A DNA stretch of 22,774 bases from Candidatus Micrarchaeota archaeon (GTDB taxonomy: Archaea > B1Sed10-29 > WALL01 > WAMD01), in the NCBI GenBank assembly GCA_964652335.1, contig CAZZDL010000012.1:1-22774 (forward strand), read 5' to 3'. Each line of letters begins with the position of its first letter. Position 1 is the stretch's first letter. The notes below the pieces were generated by a model, which worked only from the letters and a program-made list of their open reading frames with translations, searched no databases and was not told the origin of the DNA. Made by a program: the position numbers and the translations under genes. Below, piece by piece: positions 14,969 to 22,774 of this stretch.

Positions 14969-17680
14969 CTATTCTAAATAGATACCTGGCTTCCCTGGAA
15001 CCGCAACCTTTTTCTTGTTCATCGGGTCATACTCCTCATTCACATGAAGTTCTAGTCCTGTTTCCTTTTCTATGTAATCCTTCATTTCCTGGATAGCCTG
15101 CCCTTCGTCAAACTTGGCAAATTTACTTACAAGTCTATCTTTCATTGCCTTCTTCACAAAACTAGCAACAGCCTTTTTATCTTCGTACTCTCCGATAAAC
15201 TCAGATAGCTTTTTGCCTGATGCTAGCTTATCCAAAACATCATACATCCAGTCCTGAGCAGTGTATACAAATAGTTTAGAATAGCTTTGCTTTGAAACCT
15301 TTACAATATTCTTTACATCTTCTATCAAGCTCTCAACAAGATTTGCCTTGGCAACCACAGTTTTATCTATCTCAACTGGTTTTGGCCACGACTGTAAAGA
15401 CACAAAACCATCCTTTATCCTGCTCCAGTATTCTTCACATGTGTGAGGCATGATTGGGCTCAAAGCAATTAGCCAATCTTCCATTATCCCTCTAACAGCC
15501 GGCTTGTAATCTCCCATCTTTTTGTACTTCTTTATATCTGTAAGGACGTTAAAGAAAAGTTCTATTATGGCATCTCTAAACTTCAAAGAGTTGTACAGGC
15601 CATCAGCCTTCTCTAGCCTAGAATGGAACATATGGAACAACCAATTATCTCTGTCTGGTTCTGCATCCAATGAAGATTCTATTATCTCTCTGAATTCGTC
15701 TAGTTTCTTTTTAACAGTTGAAACGTCTTTCTCTCTCCAGTCTAATACACTATCAAGGTCTGCTGCTGATAATATATACAATCTAAATAGATCTGCTGTG
15801 TACCTTTCGGATATCTCTGCCAAAGGTATAACATTTCCCTTTGACTTTGACATCTTTGCTCCTTCCATTATGAGCATCTCATTTAGAGATATCCCTCTAG
15901 GCCAAGCATCCTCTGGGAATATGGCAATATGATGCATTATGAAGAAAGTCAAGTGATTGCTTATATGTGCTGGAGCTGTGTGTCTTAGGTCATTTGGATA
16001 CCAATACAAAAACTCGTCTCTAAGTTCCTTCCACTCTTCTCTCGGCTCACCTTTTCCTAGGAATACATAGTCTAACATTTCTAGTGAGGGCTCTAATCCC
16101 TTTTCCCTGATCTTGTGGGCTATTGTGTAGAATGCCATGTATATCGTAGAATCAGAGAGCGATTCAATTATCCATTCCTTGTCAAATGGTAATGGTGTTC
16201 CAAGTCCTCTCTTTCTAGCACAAGGCCTCTGATGGAGCCAGTCAATTGTATCATGGAACATTCTCCTATATTTTTCGGGGTAGATAAACATTTTGTCTAC
16301 CCACTCATGTGCCTTCTTCTTCCACTCTGGTCTAGAATAATCTATAAACCACTGATCCCTTAACACTGCAACTATCACTTTATGACCGCTTCTTGTAACA
16401 GCCTTCCTGGAAGTCTCGTAGAAAACATCTGCCAAATTGTTTTCCTTCATCCAATCCTTTACTTCATTCTTGATTGCATTAATTCGCATTCCTGCAAATT
16501 GCTGGCATCTATCATTTAGCACTCCCTTGTAAAACTCCTCCTTATAAATAATCTTTGTTGCTTCCTCCAGCCTTGGGTCATCCTGGCTCTCTATTCCCAT
16601 TTTTTCACATATCTCCTTGGCCGGGATAGTGTAACCTGGAATATCTATTATGGTAACTGGCTTAACATCTTTGTACTTACCTTCTTTCCAAAGGTCATAC
16701 AAAGCTATGTAGTCGTACGGTGCATGAGCTGGAACAGAGTAAACAACGCCAGTAGCGTTATCTGGATCAACGAAACTAGCGGGAAGAATTGGAACTTCAA
16801 ACTCTAGTATCTTAACTTTCTTGTCAACAAAATAGCTGCCTGGTAGCTCCTCAAGGACTTCTATCCCTTCCTTCTGATAATTCAGCTTATCTGCAGCCTC
16901 TTTGGATATGTACCAAATCTCATCGCCCACTCTGACCTTTACATAGACTGCATCTGGGTTTATCCACAGGTTGGTGATTCCGAATATGGTTTCAGGTCTA
17001 AGTGTTGATGCTACTAAGTATCCGTCTTCAAACTTGAATTTTATGGCAGTAAATTCCATAACAGAAACCTTGTTCAAATCACCGTCTTTTATGTCATCCT
17101 CTCCAACAGCACTCTCATCCTCCGGGCTGTACAGAACAGGATGCTCTCCTTTCACCAGTAAACCTGCCTCCTTCAATTTATGATACTGCCATTCAACGAA
17201 TTTTTGATATATTGGCTCGGCTGTGTTGAACTGTCTCCTCCAATCTATGCTAAATCCTAAGCTTTTGAAATCTTTCGTTATATGTGACGAAAAAAAGCTG
17301 GCTATCTCTTTAGGATCCGTGAATTTACTTACAATCTCTTTAGCCTTTGGTCTATCCACATAAAGAGAAACATAATCCTCGTATTGCTTTATTACTTTTT
17401 CATCTCCGGATGCGATTCTATCTGCCACTGCAAGGACTGGTGTACCTGTTAAATGGAATGCCATTGGCCACAAGACATTGTATCCCTTTAACCTCTTGTA
17501 TCTAGCAATCACATCTCCAACTGCGTAAGTCCTACCATGACCAATATGTAACGGGGCGTTTACATAAGGATATGGAACAGTGAGGAAGAATTTTGGCTTT
17601 GATGATTCAATATCAGGTTCAAACACCTTTTCCTTTTCCCATTTTTCCTGCCATTTCTTTTCTATCTCTGGCCAATGCAT
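14969..17680 (-). CDS. leuS: Leucine--tRNA ligase (archaeal/eukaryotic type)
   Basis: PYPYVNAPLHIGH (HIGH), CP1 editing motifs STLRPET and GVVYSVPAHAPYD, WIIESLSDSTIYMA, KMSKS. GGTGA SD at 17690-17686 favours ATG 17680. Confidence 0.96.
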   Translation of the reverse strand: MHWPEIEKKWQEKWEKEKVFEPDIESSKPKFFLTVPYPYVNAPLHIGHGRTYAVGDVIARYKRLKGYNVLWPMAFHLTGTPVLAVADRIASGDEKVIKQYEDYVSLYVDRPKAKEIVSKFTDPKEIASFFSSHITKDFKSLGFSIDWRRQFNTAEPIYQKFVEWQYHKLKEAGLLVKGEHPVLYSPEDESAVGEDDIKDGDLNKVSVMEFTAIKFKFEDGYLVASTLRPETIFGITNLWINPDAVYVKVRVGDEIWYISKEAADKLNYQKEGIEVLEELPGSYFVDKKVKILEFEVPILPASFVDPDNATGVVYSVPAHAPYDYIALYDLWKEGKYKDVKPVTIIDIPGYTIPAKEICEKMGIESQDDPRLEEATKIIYKEEFYKGVLNDRCQQFAGMRINAIKNEVKDWMKENNLADVFYETSRKAVTRSGHKVIVAVLRDQWFIDYSRPEWKKKAHEWVDKMFIYPEKYRRMFHDTIDWLHQRPCARKRGLGTPLPFDKEWIIESLSDSTIYMAFYTIAHKIREKGLEPSLEMLDYVFLGKGEPREEWKELRDEFLYWYPNDLRHTAPAHISNHLTFFIMHHIAIFPEDAWPRGISLNEMLIMEGAKMSKSKGNVIPLAEISERYTADLFRLYILSAADLDSVLDWREKDVSTVKKKLDEFREIIESSLDAEPDRDNWLFHMFHSRLEKADGLYNSLKFRDAIIELFFNVLTDIKKYKKMGDYKPAVRGIMEDWLIALSPIMPHTCEEYWSRIKDGFVSLQSWPKPVEIDKTVVAKANLVESLIEDVKNIVKVSKQSYSKLFVYTAQDWMYDVLDKLASGKKLSEFIGEYEDKKAVASFVKKAMKDRLVSKFAKFDEGQAIQEMKDYIEKETGLELHVNEEYDPMNKKKVAVPGKPGIYLE

Positions 17681-17681
17681 C

Positions 17682-17834
17682 TTAATCACCCATCTCCTTT
17701 TTCATATTTTCTATTTCAGCTTTTAATGTTCTGACAAAACCCAAGATATGTGTAGGATCTGAATTGACTCTATCGCTGGCATCTTCCAGTATGTAAACCC
17801 TTTTCCTCAACTGCATAAATTCATCAATATTCAT
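17682..17834 (-). CDS. Small hypothetical protein (50 aa)
   Basis: MNIDEFMQLRKRVYILEDASDRVNSDPTHILGFVRTLKAEIENMKKEMGD*. Has an ATGA overlap with the alaS stop, its stop is 1 nt before the leuS ATG, and it fills the whole gap. Confidence 0.7.
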   Translation of the reverse strand: MNIDEFMQLRKRVYILEDASDRVNSDPTHILGFVRTLKAEIENMKKEMGD

Positions 17835-20533
17835 GTGATCATCTCCTTTATGCTCTTCAACTTCTCCTCAATTTCCTTAATATCTTTTATTGGAAACGCT
17901 CCTTCTCCTCTTTCTCGAGACCCTCCGCCTCCGCCTCCTAATGATCTTGTAAACTCTCTAACTAGTTCTCCTGCATTCATCCCGGTTCTAGATCCGGCGT
18001 ATGAGAATACATACGCTTTGTCCTTTAACCCAATCAAGAACAAAAATACATCATCTGCATGGACTCTCTTTGATATCTCCCTCAAGAACGCAATATCAGA
18101 ATTAAACACTGCTACTAAATACCTAAATTTACCATTTGACTCTAGCTTTATATTCTCCAAAGCCTCTTTTGCCTTTACTTTTCTATATGCCTCCAATGCC
18201 TTCTTGGTTGCCTTCCATTCTTCAAATAAAGCTTCCACTGCATCTGGGATAGCTTCGTCATTATTCACTCCAAGCTCTTTCTTAAGCTCATCAAGAACGT
18301 TAATCATTTCCTCTAATTTTTTCTCCGCATGATCACCAGCCACATAATTCAGTCTGATAACTCCGTCTTGGATCCTTTCCTGACCAAGCAGTAGGATAGG
18401 TCCAACCTCGCCTGTCCTATCTACATGAGTTCCTCCACACGCTTCTATATCCCAATCAACTATGTTTACTATTCTAAGTTTTGCAAATGGGATAACTCCT
18501 CCTTGGTATATCCTGAATCCATACTTTTTTTCTGCTTCAACTCTAGGCAACTCCTCTTTCTTTACCTCCCTATCATCCTTCACTACCTGGTTCGCCAGCC
18601 TCTCCACTTCCCTCATCTGCTCCTTTGTCAGCAGTGTGTAATGGGTTATATCTAACCTTGCTTTATCCACTTTCTTTTCTGCTCCTGCTTGCCAGACATG
18701 ATCTCCCAGTGTTCGCCTGGCTGCTCCATTTATTATATGTGTGGCTGTGTGGTTCCTAGTCAAACTAAGCCTCCTCTCCCAATCTATCCTTCCAGTTATT
18801 TCGTCTCCCACTGAAAGAGTGCCATCAATAGCATGGAGTATCACATCCCCAACTTGTTTAACGTCAAAAACCTTCATCCCATTTATCTCTCCAACATCAT
18901 GGTCCTGACCTCCAGATGTGGGATAAAAGGCAGTCTGGTCAAATACATACCATTTATTCCCATCCAGCTCCTTTACAGTAATCACCTTTGCTTTAAACTC
19001 TGTTAGCCTCCAGTTCTCTCTATACAGTTTCTTAGTCGGAGGTATGCCAGTAACATCAATATCAAATTCATTTTCTTCAACCTTGCTTTTCATGTGTCTT
19101 TCTGTTAAGCGTATGTAGAAATCTGATGGGATGGTTACTTTCTTTCCAGAGCTAGCTGCTATCTCCTGAACCAGCTCAGGTGTTATACCATGGGAATCAT
19201 ACAACTCTATTAGCTTGTCTATGCTCAGCTCTTTCTCAGATTCCAAAATCTTAGAAACATATCTTCTTGCTCTTGCCATGGATTTCTTATGCTTTTGCTT
19301 CTCTACTTCAAATATCTCCCAGACTTCATCTAAGTGGTCTTTTAACTCTGGGAACAATGGCTTTAGATAATCAGCATGCATCTCAGCAATGTCGCCAAGC
19401 TCAAAGTCGAAGCCGTTCTTTTCCATTAAGTTCAACGCTCTTCTGAATATCACCCTAAGATTATACCCTCCTCCAACATTGGATGGTATGCCTCCGTCAG
19501 ATATTGCAAATAACAGTGTTCTCGCATGGTCTGCTATAGAGTATATGGCTTGTATTGGTGCTATCTTTCTTTTCATTTCTGCTATGGTCAGGCCAAGGGA
19601 TTTAGCTATCTCTTCTTCAATCTTTGACTGATCCATTTCGGTTGCATCTATGTTTGCTAGCTTGGCATATTTAAGAAAAAGATCCTTGTCATATTCAACC
19701 CCTGTGAATTTAAGCATTTCTGGAATAACTGGTCCAAAGACAGCATCGTAAATAGTCGGAGTTCCTTGAGTCATCCAAGTGAATCTTTCATGCCCAGCCC
19801 CCATATCAACTACTTTTGGATACATTTCCTCAAAACTCTCTGGTGTTCCGGAAAACTGTGTAAATACTGCGTTTCCAACCTCTATACCCTTTACGAAATA
19901 TTCCAAACTAGTTCCAAAGGCTGAGGGGCCAATCCAAACATCTTCATGCCAAACTATGTCCTCTGGGCGTACTCCAAATACATCTGTAAGGAGCTTAAAA
20001 TCCAATTCAACTGTTCTATCCTTCCAATACCCCTCCCCCTTATCTGGATAGTAAAGAGAATGCTGGCCAACCATCACGAAACTAGACATGTGTCTACCTG
20101 AAACACCTATGTTTGGTATATCATTAAACCTAAGACAAACCTGTGGAACAATAAGTGGATTAGCTGGCATTTCAAATATAGTCCTCTTTCCAACCTTCCT
20201 CATAAAATCTACAATACTCGCAATGGTGAAGTACAAACCTGGAAACCATCTACAAATCACAGGATATCTTGGAATACTCTCGTGTCCCTCCTTCACAAAA
20301 AATTTCTCAATCTCTCTCCAAGTTTCCACATAATCCATCTTCTTTTTGGTAGCTGGATTTCCAATAAAAGAATAACCATGATCATCGCACGTTTGCCTTT
20401 CACGGTCAAGTGTCCAAAAATACCTACCACAGATTTTACACTTCTTCCTGGTCCAACCTTCGTCAAAAAGGCTAACCTTCCAGTACTTGTCTGGATCCTT
20501 TTGGAACCTCTGTATTAGATCAGCCTTGTTCAT
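17831..20533 (-). CDS. alaS: Alanine--tRNA ligase (archaeal type)
   Basis: CKICGRYFWT N-terminus, FTIASI, QVCLRFNDIPNIGVSGRH, VDMGAGHER, IADHART, editing motifs NHTATH and CGGTH, C-Ala GGGGG. Start set to ATG 20533. Confidence 0.96.
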   Translation of the reverse strand: MNKADLIQRFQKDPDKYWKVSLFDEGWTRKKCKICGRYFWTLDRERQTCDDHGYSFIGNPATKKKMDYVETWREIEKFFVKEGHESIPRYPVICRWFPGLYFTIASIVDFMRKVGKRTIFEMPANPLIVPQVCLRFNDIPNIGVSGRHMSSFVMVGQHSLYYPDKGEGYWKDRTVELDFKLLTDVFGVRPEDIVWHEDVWIGPSAFGTSLEYFVKGIEVGNAVFTQFSGTPESFEEMYPKVVDMGAGHERFTWMTQGTPTIYDAVFGPVIPEMLKFTGVEYDKDLFLKYAKLANIDATEMDQSKIEEEIAKSLGLTIAEMKRKIAPIQAIYSIADHARTLLFAISDGGIPSNVGGGYNLRVIFRRALNLMEKNGFDFELGDIAEMHADYLKPLFPELKDHLDEVWEIFEVEKQKHKKSMARARRYVSKILESEKELSIDKLIELYDSHGITPELVQEIAASSGKKVTIPSDFYIRLTERHMKSKVEENEFDIDVTGIPPTKKLYRENWRLTEFKAKVITVKELDGNKWYVFDQTAFYPTSGGQDHDVGEINGMKVFDVKQVGDVILHAIDGTLSVGDEITGRIDWERRLSLTRNHTATHIINGAARRTLGDHVWQAGAEKKVDKARLDITHYTLLTKEQMREVERLANQVVKDDREVKKEELPRVEAEKKYGFRIYQGGVIPFAKLRIVNIVDWDIEACGGTHVDRTGEVGPILLLGQERIQDGVIRLNYVAGDHAEKKLEEMINVLDELKKELGVNNDEAIPDAVEALFEEWKATKKALEAYRKVKAKEALENIKLESNGKFRYLVAVFNSDIAFLREISKRVHADDVFLFLIGLKDKAYVFSYAGSRTGMNAGELVREFTRSLGGGGGGSRERGEGAFPIKDIKEIEEKLKSIKEMIT

Positions 20534-20635
20534 TTTGATCACTGTGGTATGTAAAACCTTCTTAATTAGGAATAGAGAGATTTAAAAGTTTTAAGTCAGA
20601 TAAAGCATTAAAAGCCAAACATCGTAAACACTAAC

Positions 20636-21571
20636 ATGATCACTGCATCCATTGTTCTACTGATTTCCATAGCGATCCTGGGGCTAGTCAGTAAAAGAAT
20701 AGTAGACTATGCCTTGAAGATAGCTAGTTATTTTGGAGCTGAAGAATCTGCCATTGGGCTAATATTCATAGCCATATTTACCTCAATACCTGAACTGTTT
20801 ATAGGTGTGTTCTCAGCTAGTGAAGGGCATCCTGGAATATCACTTGGAAATGTGGTTGGTTCAAACATTGCAGATATCTTACTAGTTCTTGGAGCAGGGG
20901 TACTACTTGCCACGAGCGTAAAGATCAATCAGGAAAAGATAAAGAGCCAGATAGGTATATTATTCATTTTCTCACTTATCCCCATTCTCCTACTACTGAA
21001 AGGCTTGGTTAGCTGGATAGATGGTATAATCCTGATACTCCTCTTCATCGCCTATTGTATTTTCATCCTGAGGCAAAGGTTCAGCAAGCTTCCTAGAAAA
21101 GACTTTTCAGCCAAAGAGTGGATATGGATAAACATTAATTTCTGGTTTGGTCTAGCGGCTGTGGTGATAAGTGCATACTATGCCGTGGAATCTGCAATAG
21201 AGATAGCTAGTATAATAGGAGTACCAGACTGGTTAATTGCCATATCTGCCATTGCCCTAGGGACTAGCTTGCCAGAGCTAGCTGTGGACGTGTCAGCCAT
21301 AAGGAAAGGTCACGTGGACCTAGCGATAGGAGATATACTTGGAAGCTGTATGGCAAACATAACTCTGGTATTTGGGGTGACACTGCTCTTGTCGCCGACA
21401 GGGATATCTGTTTCAGAATACACATTTCCCATCCTTGCTTTGATAGGAACTAATTTATTGCTATGGTATCTGACAATGAAGAGAAGTGCATTGAAGAAAA
21501 TAGATGGGTTAATGATGGTTATGCTCTACATATTCTTCATAATAGTAACCATGCTATTAGGGATTACATAA
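20636..21571 (+). CDS. Ca2+/cation (Na+/Ca2+) antiporter, CaCA family
   Basis: Two alpha repeats, TSIPE...GNVVGSNI and GTSLPE...GDILGSCMANI, and about 10 hydrophobic segments. Confidence 0.92.
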   Translation: MITASIVLLISIAILGLVSKRIVDYALKIASYFGAEESAIGLIFIAIFTSIPELFIGVFSASEGHPGISLGNVVGSNIADILLVLGAGVLLATSVKINQEKIKSQIGILFIFSLIPILLLLKGLVSWIDGIILILLFIAYCIFILRQRFSKLPRKDFSAKEWIWININFWFGLAAVVISAYYAVESAIEIASIIGVPDWLIAISAIALGTSLPELAVDVSAIRKGHVDLAIGDILGSCMANITLVFGVTLLLSPTGISVSEYTFPILALIGTNLLLWYLTMKRSALKKIDGLMMVMLYIFFIIVTMLLGIT

Positions 21572-21832
21572 CTATTTACTTTCTAGTTCCTCACCGGCTT
21601 CTACTTCTTTCTCCTGCGTAGGAATGTCTATCATTCTTTGTGCTCCTTCCTTGTTGGTATATATTATGTGAACCACTCCATATGCCTTGCCCTGGTCTAC
21701 AAGCTGTTGAAGTAGTTTGAGTATTTCAGTATTCTTTACGCTTAGTCCTCCCTCAAACACTATTTCTATTACGTTTAAACCAGAGTCCTTGAGCATCTTG
21801 TATGTCTCTTTAACCTCTTGTTCCATGGTCAT
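21572..21832 (-). CDS. Hypothetical protein (86 aa, acidic tail)
   Basis: Strong SD GGTGAGG upstream (21844-21838). Fills the gap between neighbours and has plausible composition. No family recognised. Confidence 0.65.
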   Translation of the reverse strand: MTMEQEVKETYKMLKDSGLNVIEIVFEGGLSVKNTEILKLLQQLVDQGKAYGVVHIIYTNKEGAQRMIDIPTQEKEVEAGEELESK

Positions 21833-21863
21833 CTAGCCTCACCTAAGCCTAGTAATGCAGAAT

Positions 21864-22658
21864 TTATTTAAAAAGTTTTTGAGCATCTATTATCATTTCA
21901 GCCAGCTTTTTACTGGCTTCAATAAGCTTGCCCTGCTCTGATTGAATCTGGAACCTAGTTCCGTTTACAAGCACCTGAGTAGTTGGATATGATGGGATAT
22001 GGATTACAACAGTGGGATAGGGCTCTGATATGCATCGGTCATAAGGCAGAGACTCTGTTTCATTCTTTCCGGCTATTAAATAAGTGCAATTCTCCTCGCT
22101 CGGGAGCATTAGGTAAACGTGTGTGGTCTTGTTTAATGCGGTAAGCGTCGCCACCAGGATAACCTCTGCCTTCACTGCTTCGGCATTCCTGTCTGTCTTC
22201 CCAGGTTCAAGGAAGACCATTACCGCAGTTTCGTTTTCTAAGAAGCCTGTTAAGGTAGCGTTTACGCTTTCACTGTTCCCATCTCCTGGCCAGTAGAAAA
22301 CTAATCCATTCTTCTCAATCCAGGTGGCATTATTGGATATATTCACTTCAAGCTTTCCAGACTGGCCATTGGCAGTAAATCTGGCTGTATACTCTCCAGA
22401 AGGGTCCTTAGGAGATACCCAGTATGAAAAATAGCAGTTTCCAGAACAGTTTAGGAGCTTGGCTTCCCTAATTATTTCCAATCTTGCAGATTCAATTGGC
22501 TGGGACGAATTCAAGACAAGCGTTATCCAGCCAGGACCTGTGCCCACAGCCCTCAGCTGATAGCTAGGCTGCAAGCAGCCAGCTAGTAGTATGAAAGCTA
22601 CGAGCATTAGTAAGGCCGGTATAAGCTCTATTGTCTTCGCTCCCATGCTTGACCCCAT
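21864..22658 (-). CDS. Putative lipoprotein / surface-anchored hypothetical protein
   Basis: Hydrophobic signal ending in a lipobox-like ILLAG|C, several N-x-S/T sequons, and a TTTTAAA TATA-like box ~25 nt upstream of ATG 22658. Confidence 0.7.
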   Translation of the reverse strand: MGSSMGAKTIELIPALLMLVAFILLAGCLQPSYQLRAVGTGPGWITLVLNSSQPIESARLEIIREAKLLNCSGNCYFSYWVSPKDPSGEYTARFTANGQSGKLEVNISNNATWIEKNGLVFYWPGDGNSESVNATLTGFLENETAVMVFLEPGKTDRNAEAVKAEVILVATLTALNKTTHVYLMLPSEENCTYLIAGKNETESLPYDRCISEPYPTVVIHIPSYPTTQVLVNGTRFQIQSEQGKLIEASKKLAEMIIDAQKLFK

Positions 22659-22774
22659 GCTCTTGTTTTATGAACTAGCGTTTAAAATGCTTTACTCAGA
22701 GAGCATGCTAAACCTCATGAAGAATTAGAAATAGGAGGGGTTAAGGGGGTAAGTCAAGGCCTTTACAGAGCCTT

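Noticed and set aside
198..20928. The many opposite-strand or alternate-frame ORFs in the track (e.g. 198-581, 1769-2155, 5749-6132, 11454-12146, 13106-13558, 15522-15932, 17835-18332)
   Set aside because: They lie within well-supported genes and have the Ser/Phe/Leu/Ile-rich composition of antisense shadows, with no motifs.
22690..22774. G-rich tract and AAGGC...GCCTT hairpin at the right edge, as a possible SRP, RNase P, rRNA end or second C/D RNA
   Set aside because: No diagnostic motif set could be matched and the sequence is truncated by the window. It may be the 3' end or terminator of a minus-strand gene.

Overview
Gene-dense archaeal chromosomal segment. The archaeal-type aRF1, GatD, uL16/L10e, Dph2, RFC and class III signal peptides identify the domain; very short intergenic gaps and apparently leaderless genes suggest a streamlined, possibly DPANN-like genome (inference). 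Most genes serve translation or RNA modification: rpl10e, dph2, a circularly permuted GTPase, a ubiquitin-like protein plus NcsA/TtuA, gatD, pyrH, aRF1, truD, leuS and alaS. Also present are RFC large subunit, a NifB/NifX-family fusion, a dTMP-kinase-like gene, a Ca2+/cation antiporter and two pilin-signal proteins. Highlights: (1) a 572-aa intein with a LAGLIDADG endonuclease and two XRE-type HTH modules, inserted immediately after the catalytic GGQ motif of release factor aRF1; (2) a canonical C/D box sRNA at 14902-14961 whose D' guide predicts Um2552 in the 23S A-loop; (3) an archaeal pilin-signal protein carrying a seven-repeat FG-GAP/integrin-alpha-like propeller; (4) a ubiquitin-like sulfur carrier ending in C-A-G-D instead of GG, directly upstream of a tRNA thiolase; (5) a 50-aa ORF missing from the ORF track, tightly coupled between alaS and leuS. 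No database search was possible, so novelty claims are untested.
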